Of a DNA stretch of 64,000 bases, positions 19,113 through 29,529 are shown in pieces. The stretch is taken from assembly GCA_041650295.1 (NCBI GenBank), contig JBAZLM010000005.1, positions 36,592 through 100,591 on the forward strand, in the 5' to 3' direction. This DNA comes from Candidatus Omnitrophota bacterium. Lineage in GTDB: Bacteria; Omnitrophota; Gorgyraeia; Gygaellales; Profunditerraquicolaceae. Every line of letters begins with the position of its first letter. Position 1 is the stretch's first letter. The translations under genes were made by a program, and so were the position numbers. Under the pieces are notes generated by a model. That model was not told where the DNA came from and did not search any database. It saw only the letters and a list, made by a program, of their open reading frames with translations.

Positions 19113-20536
19113 TTTATCAGACAGTTATCGGACTAGAAGTACACTTACAATTAAAAACTAAAACCAAGGCATTCTGCAATTGTGCCATTGATTTTGGTCA
19201 AACCGCTAACTCTAGCTGCTGTCCGGTTTGTCTAGGGTTTCCCGGAACGCTACCGGTTTACAATAAAGAGGCCTTAAATTCCGCAATTAAAGTTGCTCTA
19301 GCTTTTAATTGTAAAATTCAAGAGCACACTAAATTTGACCGCAAAAATTATTATTATCCTGATCTGCCCAAAGGTTATCAAATTTCGCAATATGATCTAC
19401 CGCTATCTAAAAACGGATTTCTGGATATTACAGTTGAACAAACGCTTAAGCGCATCGGGATCACTAGGATCCATTTAGAAGAAGATGCCGGTAAACTTAT
19501 TCACGAAGGCGAAGTGAGTCTGGTTGATTTTAATCGCACCGGAATTCCTTTATTAGAAATTGTCAGCGAGCCAGATTTAAACAGTCCCCAAGAAGCCTTT
19601 GATTATTTAACCAGCTTAAAAAGCATCCTTGAATATTTAGATGTCTCTGATTGCGATATGGAAAAGGGATCTTTGCGCTGCGACGCTAACATATCTTTAC
19701 GACCACAAGGGGCTAAAGAACTAGGCGTAAAAGCAGAGTTAAAAAATATGAACTCATTTAAAGGCGTCAAAGATGCACTCGCTTTCGAAGTTAAGCGGCA
19801 AACTGAATTATTAGAATCCGGCCAAATCATGCAACAAGATACCCGGCTTTGGGATGCGCAAAAAGGAATCACTGTATCGATGCGTAGCAAAGAAGGAGCC
19901 AAAGATTACCGTTATTTTCCCGATCCCGACTTAACCGTTTTTATCATTGATCAGCCGATGATTGAGAAAATAAAAACTCAACTGCCAGAGTTACCACAAG
20001 AAAAAATGCAACGCTTGATGCGCGATTACTCATTAGCTGAATATGATGCTAAAATTTTAGTAAGTTCCAAAAAAGATGCTGTTTTTGCAGAGGAATGTAT
20101 TAACAACTATCCCGAAAAAGATAAAAAGAGCATAGTTAACTGGTTAATCGGGCCGTTATTAGCCGAAGCTAATTTAAGAAAGCTAAACTTACATGAGTTG
20201 GGGATTGAACAAAAGGAATTAATTAATTTAATTGGTTTCGTAGATAGAAATGAGATTTCTTTTCTATCGGCAAAAAGTGTATTAACGCAAATAATTGACA
20301 CTAAGAAATCTGCGCAAACCTTAATTACTGAGGGTAACTTGTTGCAGATATCAAATACTTCAGAGCTAGAACAAATTATTCAGATAGTTATTCAAGAAAA
20401 TGAAAAATCAGTGAACGACTTTAAAGCCGGTAAAACTAATGCACTCATGTTTCTAGTCGGTCAAGTCATGAAAAAAAGTGCCGGTAAAGCTAACCCCAAA
20501 GTAGTAGGCGAACTGATTCAACGGAGATTAAATTAA
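19109..20536 (+). CDS. gatB: Asp/Glu-tRNA(Asn/Gln) amidotransferase subunit B
   Basis: 475 aa. N-terminus [24 protein letters not shown]-terminal GatB/YqeY domain. 4-nt overlap with gatA. Confidence 0.95.
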   Translation: MIYQTVIGLEVHLQLKTKTKAFCNCAIDFGQTANSSCCPVCLGFPGTLPVYNKEALNSAIKVALAFNCKIQEHTKFDRKNYYYPDLPKGYQISQYDLPLSKNGFLDITVEQTLKRIGITRIHLEEDAGKLIHEGEVSLVDFNRTGIPLLEIVSEPDLNSPQEAFDYLTSLKSILEYLDVSDCDMEKGSLRCDANISLRPQGAKELGVKAELKNMNSFKGVKDALAFEVKRQTELLESGQIMQQDTRLWDAQKGITVSMRSKEGAKDYRYFPDPDLTVFIIDQPMIEKIKTQLPELPQEKMQRLMRDYSLAEYDAKILVSSKKDAVFAEECINNYPEKDKKSIVNWLIGPLLAEANLRKLNLHELGIEQKELINLIGFVDRNEISFLSAKSVLTQIIDTKKSAQTLITEGNLLQISNTSELEQIIQIVIQENEKSVNDFKAGKTNALMFLVGQVMKKSAGKANPKVVGELIQRRLN

Positions 20537-21780
20537 TGCGCAATAAACTACTCATTGGATTTCTATTAATCATTATTATTTTTATTGGCACCAGAGCAGC
20601 TCTTTCTGATACCAAGAAAAAAAATAATGATGAACTATATAAACAAGTTGAATTATATTCTGATACGATGGCCATTATTCAAAAAGAATATGTTAATGAA
20701 ACTAAGCCTAAAGATCTAATTTACGGATCATTAAAGGGTATGCTTTCTTCACTAGACCCGCATAGCTCATTCATGAATCCAGACGATTACAATGATTTAA
20801 AAGTGGATACTGAAGGAAAATTTGGTGGCCTAGGAATCGAAATTACCACCAAAAACGACTTATTAACCATTATTACCCCCATTGAAGATACTCCTGCCTG
20901 GAAGGCTGGCCTAAAACCTGGCGATCATATTATTAAAATTAACAATGAATTAACTCGTCAAATGACGCTTACCGATGCCGTTAAAAGGATGCGTGGTAAA
21001 CCCGGAGAAGCAGTTAATCTAACGATTATGCGCAACTCAGAGAATAAATTATTAGAATTTAAAATTATTCGCGACATAATTAAAATTAAAGATATTAAAC
21101 ATGCGCGCATTTTAGAAGATAAGATCGGCTATATCCGCTTGGTAGAATTTCGCAGCAACTCTTTACAGGATTTTAATCATGCTTTAAGTATACTTTCTAA
21201 GCAAGGTATGCAAGGATTAATTATTGACCTGCGTAATAATCCCGGAGGACTTTTAGATGTAGCGGTAAAAATTACCGGTAAATTTATTGCCCCTAATAAA
21301 AAAATTGTTTACACAAAATCCAGAAACAAAGACCAGGATCTGGAATTTTATTCTGATGCCAAGGGCACTTTATTAAGTTTGCCATTGGTAATCTTAATTA
21401 ATGAAGGCTCAGCTTCCGGTAGCGAAATTATGGCTGGGGCCCTACAAGATTACAAAAGAGCCATTATTATCGGAAGCAAATCATTCGGCAAAGGTTCTGT
21501 GCAGACAGTAATCCCGCTTGGTGATGGTTCAGCTCTGCGCTTAACCACTAGTCATTACTTTACTCCTTCCGGAAAAATTATTAATGGCAAAGGGATAGTG
21601 CCGGATATTTTAGTTGAGGAAAGCAAATTACTTGAACCAACAAAAGATCAAGTTGAAAAAACTAAAAAATTACTAACAAATAGCAATGAAACTGAGTTTG
21701 ATTACAAAAACGATGCGACGTTAATCCGGGCAATTAACACTTTAAGAGGAATTGTGATTTATAAACAAGCTGGATCCTAA
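20536..21780 (+). CDS. ctpA: carboxyl-terminal processing protease (S41, PDZ-containing)
   Basis: 414 aa. Signal/TM N-terminus, PDZ region, S41 catalytic motifs NEGSASGSEI and SKSFGKGSVQT. Confidence 0.85.
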   Translation: MRNKLLIGFLLIIIIFIGTRAALSDTKKKNNDELYKQVELYSDTMAIIQKEYVNETKPKDLIYGSLKGMLSSLDPHSSFMNPDDYNDLKVDTEGKFGGLGIEITTKNDLLTIITPIEDTPAWKAGLKPGDHIIKINNELTRQMTLTDAVKRMRGKPGEAVNLTIMRNSENKLLEFKIIRDIIKIKDIKHARILEDKIGYIRLVEFRSNSLQDFNHALSILSKQGMQGLIIDLRNNPGGLLDVAVKITGKFIAPNKKIVYTKSRNKDQDLEFYSDAKGTLLSLPLVILINEGSASGSEIMAGALQDYKRAIIIGSKSFGKGSVQTVIPLGDGSALRLTTSHYFTPSGKIINGKGIVPDILVEESKLLEPTKDQVEKTKKLLTNSNETEFDYKNDATLIRAINTLRGIVIYKQAGS

Positions 21781-21797
21781 CTAGCTATCCTTAGTTA

Positions 21798-22583
21798 ATG
21801 AAAAATAAACCATTTTTAATTATTCTTATAATATTAGTTTTACTTTTATTTACTGCCATTATCTTAACACCCACTTATAAAAAACCTGTGATTAAAAAAA
21901 CTTTGCCTGCTAAAACGCAAGGCACCATCGCTATCGTTATAGATGACTGGGGTTATCACTTAAATAATTTATCTACACTTAAAGAAATTAAAGTCCCTTT
22001 AACCTGTGCTGTATTACCAAACTTAAAATATTCTAACCTTGTTGCTAACAAATTAAACAGTTTAGGTTATGAAATTATTCTGCATCTACCCATGCAACCT
22101 AAAGAAAAATATGCATTAGAAAACAACACAATTACATTAAACATGAATGAAAAACAAGTACAAGCAATTTTCATTAAAGACCTATCCTCAGTAAAATTTG
22201 CTAAAGGCGTCAACAATCATATGGGTTCAGCAATTACGGAAAATATAAAAATGACAACTCTGGTTTTAACCCAAATTAAAAAACATAACTTATATTTCCT
22301 AGATAGCTTTGTTACTGCCAAATCTGTTTGCAAAGAAGTCGCCACTTCACTAAAAATCAAATTTGCTAAACGTGATGTTTTTTTGGACAATTCAGATGAT
22401 CCGCTGTACATCAAAAATCAATTAAAAAAACTGAAAAATTTAGCTAAAAAGAATGGCGTGGCCATTGGTATCGGGCATGACCGCAAAAATACATTATTGG
22501 TCCTAAAACAAATGCTACCTTTAATGAAGGAAGAAGGATACCGCTTTGTTTTTGTTTCTCAAGTTACCGAGGTATCTTTATGA
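21798..22583 (+). CDS. divergent polysaccharide deacetylase family protein (YibQ-like)
   Basis: 261 aa. N-terminal TM, IAIVIDDWGY motif typical of PF04748. Confidence 0.7.
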   Translation: MKNKPFLIILIILVLLLFTAIILTPTYKKPVIKKTLPAKTQGTIAIVIDDWGYHLNNLSTLKEIKVPLTCAVLPNLKYSNLVANKLNSLGYEIILHLPMQPKEKYALENNTITLNMNEKQVQAIFIKDLSSVKFAKGVNNHMGSAITENIKMTTLVLTQIKKHNLYFLDSFVTAKSVCKEVATSLKIKFAKRDVFLDNSDDPLYIKNQLKKLKNLAKKNGVAIGIGHDRKNTLLVLKQMLPLMKEEGYRFVFVSQVTEVSL

Positions 22584-23563
22584 TCGTGCTTGGGGTGGAA
22601 AGTTCTTGTGATGAAACTGGCGTAGCCATAGTTAAAAATGGTAAAACAATTCTATCTAATGTTGTCGCTACTAGTTTAAAAATGCATAGTAAACACGGCG
22701 GAGTAATCCCTGAGATTGCCTCAAGAATGCAATTAGAAAGTATTGCCAGTGTTTACAAAGAAGCTTTAAAAAAAGCTAAGATTAAATCTGAGCAAATCGA
22801 CCTAATTTCAGTTACGAATAACCCGGGTTTGCCAGGATCATTGCTAGTGGGAATTTCTTTTGCTAAAGCATTGGCCTTAGGTTTAAACAAACCAATACTA
22901 GGAATTAATCATATCCATAGTCACATCTATGCGAATTTTCTTTGCCATCATCATATTAAAATGCCATCTGTTGCCTTAATTGTTTCTGGGGGACATACTA
23001 CACTTTTTTATATTAAAGATTTTAGTAAAATTCAAGTCCTGGGAGAAACTCGCGATGATGCCTGCGGTGAAGCTTTTGATAAGGTAGCAAAAATTATGCA
23101 CCTAGGTTATCCCGGAGGACCATTAATTGAGAAATTGGCCAAAGGAGCAAATAAAAATAAAATTAAATTTGCCTGTTCAGGAACCGACCAAGAATTAGAT
23201 TTTAGTTTCAGCGGAATAAAAACAGCAGTTTTATATTATTTAAAAGATAAAAAAAATAGTTTAAAATTACAAAAAGACTTAGCCGCTTCTTTCCAAGAGA
23301 GCGCACTAAATACCTTAATAAAAAAATCAATGTTAGCTTGCAAACGAAAAAAAGCTAAAAATTTCCTAATTGGCGGCGGAGTAGTTGCCAACAGTAGTTT
23401 ACGCCAAAAATTCAGTGCAGAATGTCACAAAAATAAAATTAATTGCTATTACCCTGAAATTAATTTGTGCATGGATAATGCCGCAATGGTGGCTGGCCTG
23501 GCTAACTATCTCTATAAAAAAGGCTATCGTAGTAATTTAAATTTAAACCTAGTATATAATTAA
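22580..23563 (+). CDS. tsaD: tRNA N6-adenosine threonylcarbamoyltransferase
   Basis: 327 aa. MIVLGVESSCDETGVAIV..., HSHIYANF, GGVVANSSLR. Classic Kae1/TsaD. Confidence 0.9.
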   Translation: MIVLGVESSCDETGVAIVKNGKTILSNVVATSLKMHSKHGGVIPEIASRMQLESIASVYKEALKKAKIKSEQIDLISVTNNPGLPGSLLVGISFAKALALGLNKPILGINHIHSHIYANFLCHHHIKMPSVALIVSGGHTTLFYIKDFSKIQVLGETRDDACGEAFDKVAKIMHLGYPGGPLIEKLAKGANKNKIKFACSGTDQELDFSFSGIKTAVLYYLKDKKNSLKLQKDLAASFQESALNTLIKKSMLACKRKKAKNFLIGGGVVANSSLRQKFSAECHKNKINCYYPEINLCMDNAAMVAGLANYLYKKGYRSNLNLNLVYN

Positions 23564-23574
23564 AGGAGGAAAAA

Positions 23575-24009
23575 ATGCCTACAGATTTTCAAATGATTGT
23601 GCGCTTACTATTGACCTTAATCCTGGCTGGATTAATTGGCCTAGAAAGAGAAGCACATCAAAGAGATGCAGGCCTACGCACCCATATTTTAGTAGCTTTA
23701 GGATCTTGCCTTATCATGTTGACATCTATGTATGTTTTTGATATATATAAAGACAAGGTTTCATTAGATCCGGCTAGAATTGCCGCCGGGGTAATTACCG
23801 GTATTGGATTTTTAGGTGCCGGAGCAATTATTCGCGAACCAGAAAGAATTAGAGGACTGACTACCGCTGCCAGTCTCTGGGTAGCTGCGGGAATTGGTTT
23901 AGCAGTAGGAGTAGGTTTTAGTAAAATGGCTATTTATACCACAGTTTTAGTTCTGATTGTTTTACATTTTTTTCGTTTTGTCGAAGGAACGCTTAAAAAA
24001 GGAGGATAA
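23575..24009 (+). CDS. mgtC: MgtC/SapB family membrane protein
   Basis: 144 aa. LLLTLILAGLIGLEREAHQRDAGLRTH is the MgtC N-terminal signature. Strong SD AAAGGAGG 8 nt upstream. Confidence 0.75.
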   Translation: MPTDFQMIVRLLLTLILAGLIGLEREAHQRDAGLRTHILVALGSCLIMLTSMYVFDIYKDKVSLDPARIAAGVITGIGFLGAGAIIREPERIRGLTTAASLWVAAGIGLAVGVGFSKMAIYTTVLVLIVLHFFRFVEGTLKKGG

Positions 24010-24011
24010 AC

Positions 24012-24515
24012 ATGGCCTTTAAAAAGAAAATGGAAGAAAAAACTTTAGACGTCGATGCAGCAATGCAGGGAACCATGACCTTTAAGGATCCAGTAAATTT
24101 ACGAATCAATGGAAAATTTGAGGGAAATCTAGATACGCGTGGCAATCTTACAATTGGAGCCACTGCTATTATTAATGCTGATATTATTGGTGATAATATT
24201 ATCGTGGGTGGAAAAGTTAAAGGTAAAATCACTGCCCGCGAAAGACTAACGCTTTTACCGCAAGCAATTGTAGAAGGTGATATTTATCCGGCAAAACTTA
24301 ATGTTGCCGAAGGTGCGATGCTTCAAGGTAAATGCACTATGCTCCATGATTTTCTTAATTGTGAACAGTTATCAAAATATTTAGAGGTGGAATTAAACTC
24401 TATTATGGAGTGGGCCAACACCGGAAAAATTCCTGGAAATAAAGAAAATGAAGGTTGGAAATTTGAACGTAAAGCCATTGATAGTTGGGTAGCTGCAGGT
24501 AAAATCGGAAAGTAG
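24012..24515 (+). CDS. bactofilin-domain protein fused to excisionase-family HTH (HTH_17) DNA-binding domain
   Basis: 167 aa. Beta-helical bactofilin repeats (GKFEGNLDTRGNLTIGATAIINADIIGDNIIVGGKVKGKITARERLTLLPQAIVEGDIYPAKLNVAEGAML). C-terminal segment LSKYLEVELNSIMEWANTGKIPGNKENEGWKFERKAIDSWVAAG resembles excisionase/MerR-like HTH. Confidence 0.6.
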   Translation: MAFKKKMEEKTLDVDAAMQGTMTFKDPVNLRINGKFEGNLDTRGNLTIGATAIINADIIGDNIIVGGKVKGKITARERLTLLPQAIVEGDIYPAKLNVAEGAMLQGKCTMLHDFLNCEQLSKYLEVELNSIMEWANTGKIPGNKENEGWKFERKAIDSWVAAGKIGK

Positions 24516-24525
24516 GATTATCTAA

Positions 24526-24837
24526 ATGAATGAAGAGAAGCTGTTAACTGTAAGAGACGTGGCCACTTTACTGGGCGTAACCGAGAAAGATGTTTTAGAT
24601 CTTACTGAATCAGGAGTAATTCCGGGATATAAGATCGGTGGCTTGTATTTAAGATTTAAAAAAGAACAAGTTGAGCAATATCAAAAAAATCAACAAACCC
24701 TACATCCAAATAAAAATAAAACAGAATCGCAAGACTCTTCCAGTAAATTTTCTGATTTTCTTTATTTCAATGACTTCTATATCCTGGCAGCAGCTTTAAT
24801 CATTGTCTTTGGATATCTTGTCTATCGAGGCCTATAG
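24526..24837 (+). CDS. excisionase-family HTH protein with C-terminal membrane anchor
   Basis: 103 aa. LLTVRDVATLLGVTEKDVLDLTESGVIPGYKIGGLYLRFKKEQVEQY (HTH_17). C-terminal hydrophobic helix ILAAALIIVFGYLVY. Confidence 0.6.
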   Translation: MNEEKLLTVRDVATLLGVTEKDVLDLTESGVIPGYKIGGLYLRFKKEQVEQYQKNQQTLHPNKNKTESQDSSSKFSDFLYFNDFYILAAALIIVFGYLVYRGL

Positions 24838-24842
24838 CGAGA

Positions 24843-25514
24843 ATGCCTAAAAGTAAAGGATTTTGCGATTTGGGATTTGCCAAGTTAGATACCGATAGAA
24901 AAAAACGCAAAGGATTTGCCGAAGTTATTTATTGCCCAGGTAAAGACCGCGCTCATTTAAAAGCAATTGTCAAAAGAATTATCCAAGCAAAACAAGATCT
25001 GCTTTTAACCAAGTTAGACAAATCTACCTTTGCTTATTTAAAAAAAACTACACCTGCTTTAAAATATAACCCCCTGGCAAAAATTGGTTATCTGCTAGCC
25101 AAGTCTAAAATTATTTCTAAAGGTTATGTCATTGTTGTTTCCGCTGGCACTAGCGATATTCCTGTGGCTGAAGAAGCAGCACAAACCTTAGAAATAATGG
25201 GTGATCGCGTAGAAAGACTTTACGATGTTGGCGTTGCCGGAGTACATCGCCTGATGAATAATATTGAAAAATTAAGAGCTGCCCAAGTAATTGTCGTAGT
25301 CGCTGGGATGGAAGGAGCATTACCCAGTTTAGTCAGCGGATTAGTAAAAGCTCCGATTATTGCTGTTCCTACCAGCTGTGGGTATGGTTCAAGCTTTTCT
25401 GGTCTAGCTGCGTTATTAACCATGCTTAACGGCTGTTCACCGGGAGTAACGGTAGTTAATATTGACAATGGATTTGGTGCTGGTTATTTTGCCAGCTTAA
25501 TTAACAAAAAATAA
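24843..25514 (+). CDS. larB: nickel-pincer cofactor biosynthesis protein LarB (PurE-like carboxylase/hydrolase)
   Basis: 223 aa. N-terminal DLGFAKLDTDRKKRKGFAEVIYCPGK and PurE-like core VVVAGMEGALPSLVSGLVKAPIIAVPTSCGYG. Confidence 0.65.
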   Translation: MPKSKGFCDLGFAKLDTDRKKRKGFAEVIYCPGKDRAHLKAIVKRIIQAKQDLLLTKLDKSTFAYLKKTTPALKYNPLAKIGYLLAKSKIISKGYVIVVSAGTSDIPVAEEAAQTLEIMGDRVERLYDVGVAGVHRLMNNIEKLRAAQVIVVVAGMEGALPSLVSGLVKAPIIAVPTSCGYGSSFSGLAALLTMLNGCSPGVTVVNIDNGFGAGYFASLINKK

Positions 25515-25515
25515 T

Positions 25516-26847
25516 ATGGCTCTATCCGGTTTAGATATTTATAAATTACTACCTAAAACAAATTGCCGACAATGCGGATTTGCCACCTGCCTAGCTTTTG
25601 CTATGCAATTGGCTAAAAAATCTGTAGAGCTAGAAAAATGTCCAACCGTTTCTGCCGAATCTAAAATAATTTTAGACGCTCAGGCTCAGCCACCGATTAA
25701 ATCCATTACGATAGGCAACAATGAATCACATTTTGAAATTGGCAACGAAACTGTCATATTTAGACACGAAGAAAAATTTCGCAACCCTACCGGAATTGGT
25801 TTTATCATTGAAGATAGCCTCACGGATATAAAAATTCAAGAACATTTAGAAAAAATTAATCAATTAAAATTTGACCGTGTAGGACAAATACTTGAAGTTA
25901 ATTTAGTGGCTTTAAAACAAAATCAAGATGCGCAAAGATTCTTAGCCGCAACCAGAATAGTAATTAATAATACCAACTTAGCTTTAATGCTCATGAGCGA
26001 AGACTTAAGCGCATTAAAGCAGGCAGCAGAACTGGCCAAAGAACGCAAACCTTTAATTTATTGTGCTACCAAAAATAATGTTACTCAAATTGCAGCTATC
26101 GCCAAGGAACTGCAATTAACATTGGTAGTTAATGCTACAGACTTTGATAATTTAGCCCTGCTCACTAAAGAGCTTAACGCATCGGGCATAAATAATTTAA
26201 TTTTAGATACTGGAACTAAACCGATTACGGAAAAAATTTGGGATTTGACCCAACTACGTCGTCAAGCATTAAGAAAATCAAATCGCGCGTTAGGATATCC
26301 AACTTTAACGATCATAAATAACCCTGACCCTTATGCGGAAGCAATTGAAGCAAGTGTTTATCTAGCTAAATATTCTAGCCTAGTGTTAATTAAAAATATC
26401 AACACTTGGGAGATCCTTTCAATTTTAACGCTAAGACAAAATATTTTTACTGATCCACAAAAACCATTACAAATGGAAGCCAAACTTTATCCAATAGGCC
26501 AAGTAAATCAAAATTCACCAGTTCTGATTACCACTAATTTCTCTTTAAGTTACTTTACTGTTTTAAGTGAAGTAGAGGCCAGTAAAATACCGGCTTATAT
26601 TCTATGTGTAGATACACAAGGAATGTCTGTACTTACTGCCTGGGCAGCGGAAAAATTTAATGCTGAATGTATTACTAAAGCAATAACTACTCATGGAGTA
26701 ACTACCGCCGTAAAACATAAAAATTTAATTATTCCTGGCTATGTAGCAATGATTAGCGGAGACCTAGCCGAACAATCTGGATTTGAAATTATTGTCGGAC
26801 CTAAAGAAGCCGCCGGAATTCCGGCATTTTTAAAAAACTTGAAATAA
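25516..26847 (+). CDS. acsC: corrinoid iron-sulfur protein large subunit (CODH/ACS gamma subunit)
   Basis: 443 aa. N-terminal Fe-S binding LSGLDIYKLLPKTNCRQCGFATCLAFAMQLA characteristic of AcsC/CdhE, followed by TIM-barrel and corrinoid-binding regions. Confidence 0.8.
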   Translation: MALSGLDIYKLLPKTNCRQCGFATCLAFAMQLAKKSVELEKCPTVSAESKIILDAQAQPPIKSITIGNNESHFEIGNETVIFRHEEKFRNPTGIGFIIEDSLTDIKIQEHLEKINQLKFDRVGQILEVNLVALKQNQDAQRFLAATRIVINNTNLALMLMSEDLSALKQAAELAKERKPLIYCATKNNVTQIAAIAKELQLTLVVNATDFDNLALLTKELNASGINNLILDTGTKPITEKIWDLTQLRRQALRKSNRALGYPTLTIINNPDPYAEAIEASVYLAKYSSLVLIKNINTWEILSILTLRQNIFTDPQKPLQMEAKLYPIGQVNQNSPVLITTNFSLSYFTVLSEVEASKIPAYILCVDTQGMSVLTAWAAEKFNAECITKAITTHGVTTAVKHKNLIIPGYVAMISGDLAEQSGFEIIVGPKEAAGIPAFLKNLK

Positions 26848-26853
26848 ACTTTT

Positions 26854-28776
26854 ATGTTAAAATTTAAAATTACATTTTTACCTGATAATAAAACTATTTC
26901 TGTAGAAAAAGGCACTACTATTCTTTCTGCAGCAATCTCAGCTGGTGTTTACATTAATTCTAACTGCGGCGGTGACGGAATTTGCGGGAGATGTAAAGTT
27001 ATCATTAAAGGTGAGGTTACTAGTCAACCCAATGGAATAATTACACCTATTGAACGCAAAAATAATATTTATTTAGCATGTCTTACTAATGTACAAGGAG
27101 ACTTAGAAGTTTATATTCCGGATAGCTCAAGACTTAATTTCGATAAACTTACTCCTGAGGAGTTAGAAGAGCGACTAAACGGTTTATATTCAAAAGCTGA
27201 GGATATAGCCACGGTCAAAACAAAAACCGAAGATAAATTTTTTAAACATTCACCTTTTGCTACAAAAATTTATTTAGAGTTACCGAAACCAACGCTTAAT
27301 GACAGCATTAGTGATTTAGAAAGACTTTACCGAGCTTTGTCCCAATATCAAGAATTTCCAGCGATACAAACCGGATTATTTAATATTCGACAACTGGGAG
27401 AATTATTACGTGATTATGATTGGAAAGTTACCGTAACTTTGGGCAGACGTAACGATACTGTAGAAATTGTACTGATTGAACCAGGAGATACTAGTGCTAA
27501 AAATTTTGGACTTTGTTTTGATATCGGCACCACCACAATTTCCGGCCAATTAATTGATTTAAATTCAAAGAAAGTTTTGGGAACCAAAGCTACTTATAAT
27601 CAACAAGCGGCTTTTGGTAGTGATGTAATTACTCGCATTGTGCATGCTTCAAAAGCTAAAGGACTAGAACAATTACACAATGCCGTTTGCGATACTATGA
27701 ATCAAATTATTAAAGATTTAGTACTTGAACACCAAGTTGACTTAAACACGGTTAATTGCATTGTTTGCTCAGGAAACACCACGATGATGCATCTGCTTTT
27801 AAATATGGATCCGGCTCACATCCGTAAAGAGCCTTATATCCCAACAGCAAATTTTTTACCCGTAGTACGCGCCAGCGAAGCCGGAATTCGAATTAACCCC
27901 AGAGGATTACTCTATTGTGTACCAGGAGTCTCAAGCTACGTTGGAGGCGATACTACCGCCGGAGTTTTATCTAGTGGAGTATATCAAAAAGATAAACCTT
28001 GCATCTTAATCGACATCGGAACCAACGGAGAGATTGTTTTAGGAAACAAGGAATTTTTAGTCGGTTGTGCCGCTTCTGCCGGACCGGCTTTTGAAGGAAG
28101 CGGAGTAACCAGCGGAATGCGCGCGGCAAGTGGCGCAATTCAAAAAGTACGCATTAATAAAAAAGATTTTAATATTACCTATTCTGTAATTCAAGATAAA
28201 AAACCTAAAGGAATTTGCGGATCCGGATACATTGACTTACTCAGCGAAATGCTAGATGCCGGAGTAATTGATAAAAGCGGAAAAATAAAAATTGAAGGCA
28301 AGCGCATTCGCACAACTGATAATGGGAAAGAATTTATTGTTTGCTTTAAAGAAGAGACTGAAACTGACCGCGATATCGTAATTAACGAAGCTGACATCGA
28401 AAATCTAAAACGCTCCAAAGGAGCAATTTATTCAGCAACTTCAATTTTAGTTAACCACCTGGGGCTAGATTATTCCGCCGTGCATAAATTTTACATCGCC
28501 GGAGGGTTCGGTACTTATCTAGATATCGAAAAAGCCATTAGAATAGGCTTGCTGCCTGATTTAGAGCGTTCTAAATTTATTTTTATCGGTAACAGCTCAC
28601 TAGCTGGTTCAAGAGAGATACTTTTATCCAGTCAAGCCATGGAGATGGCTAATTTACTAGCGACTAAAATTACTTATTTTGAATTATCTAATGAACCAGC
28701 TTATATGGAAGAGTATAGTCAGGCTTTATTTTTTCCACATACGGATTTAACCAAATTTCCAACGGTGAGGTTTTAA
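26854..28776 (+). CDS. reductive activator of corrinoid Fe-S protein (RACo; 2Fe-2S ferredoxin + ASKHA ATPase)
   Basis: 640 aa. N-terminal plant-type ferredoxin cysteines NCGGDGICGRCKV. C-terminal ASKHA-fold ATPase motifs (FDIGTTT, IDIGTNGEI). Confidence 0.75.
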   Translation: MLKFKITFLPDNKTISVEKGTTILSAAISAGVYINSNCGGDGICGRCKVIIKGEVTSQPNGIITPIERKNNIYLACLTNVQGDLEVYIPDSSRLNFDKLTPEELEERLNGLYSKAEDIATVKTKTEDKFFKHSPFATKIYLELPKPTLNDSISDLERLYRALSQYQEFPAIQTGLFNIRQLGELLRDYDWKVTVTLGRRNDTVEIVLIEPGDTSAKNFGLCFDIGTTTISGQLIDLNSKKVLGTKATYNQQAAFGSDVITRIVHASKAKGLEQLHNAVCDTMNQIIKDLVLEHQVDLNTVNCIVCSGNTTMMHLLLNMDPAHIRKEPYIPTANFLPVVRASEAGIRINPRGLLYCVPGVSSYVGGDTTAGVLSSGVYQKDKPCILIDIGTNGEIVLGNKEFLVGCAASAGPAFEGSGVTSGMRAASGAIQKVRINKKDFNITYSVIQDKKPKGICGSGYIDLLSEMLDAGVIDKSGKIKIEGKRIRTTDNGKEFIVCFKEETETDRDIVINEADIENLKRSKGAIYSATSILVNHLGLDYSAVHKFYIAGGFGTYLDIEKAIRIGLLPDLERSKFIFIGNSSLAGSREILLSSQAMEMANLLATKITYFELSNEPAYMEEYSQALFFPHTDLTKFPTVRF

Positions 28777-29529
28777 ATGGGCAAAATTATTGCCATGGCC
28801 GGAAAAGGTGGCACCGGCAAAACGACAACCGCTGCTTTAATTGTGCGCCTAATTAAAGAAAATAAATTAGGTTCAGTTCTAGCCATCGATGCTGATCCCA
28901 ATAGTAATTTAGGTGAAACTTTGGGGATAAAATCTACAGAAAATATTGGAAAAATATTAGACGAGATTGGTGCTAACCCGGATAAAATACCCAACGGGAT
29001 GACTAAAGAGCGTTTTATCCAACACCAGGTGCAATCAGCAGTGCAAGAAGAAGACGGGTTTGATCTTTTGAGCATGGGCAAACCCGAGGGGCCAGGTTGC
29101 TATTGCTACGTAAATAATGTTTTACGGGGAGTAATTACCAAACTAATTAACGACTATGATTACATCATTATTGACAACGAGGCTGGTCTTGAGCATTTAT
29201 CTCGACGCACAACTGGTTTTGCGGATCTGCTTATTGTCGTTTCAGATGCCACCAGTGTTGGACTAAAATCAGCCAAAAGAATTATTGAATTAGTGAAACA
29301 ATTAAAATTCCAAGTTAAGAAAAATTTTCTATTAATTAATCGTTTTAATAAAAATATCGATGCACAATTAGTTAAAGAAACCGGACTGGAAGTATTAGGC
29401 AATTTACCCACTGATACAGATCTTGAAAAAATTAGTCTCGAGGGAAACTCTATTTTTACTTTAAAATCAACTGCTCAAATATTAAAAAGCTTAAATTTAT
29501 GCGGAGATAAAATATGGAAACACAGTTAG
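28777..29529 (+). CDS. cooC: CO dehydrogenase/ACS nickel-insertion accessory ATPase (CooC/AcsF, MinD-like)
   Basis: 250 aa. Deviant Walker A AMAGKGGTGKTTTAAL and CxC motif GPGCYCY. Confidence 0.8.
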   Translation: MGKIIAMAGKGGTGKTTTAALIVRLIKENKLGSVLAIDADPNSNLGETLGIKSTENIGKILDEIGANPDKIPNGMTKERFIQHQVQSAVQEEDGFDLLSMGKPEGPGCYCYVNNVLRGVITKLINDYDYIIIDNEAGLEHLSRRTTGFADLLIVVSDATSVGLKSAKRIIELVKQLKFQVKKNFLLINRFNKNIDAQLVKETGLEVLGNLPTDTDLEKISLEGNSIFTLKSTAQILKSLNLCGDKIWKHS

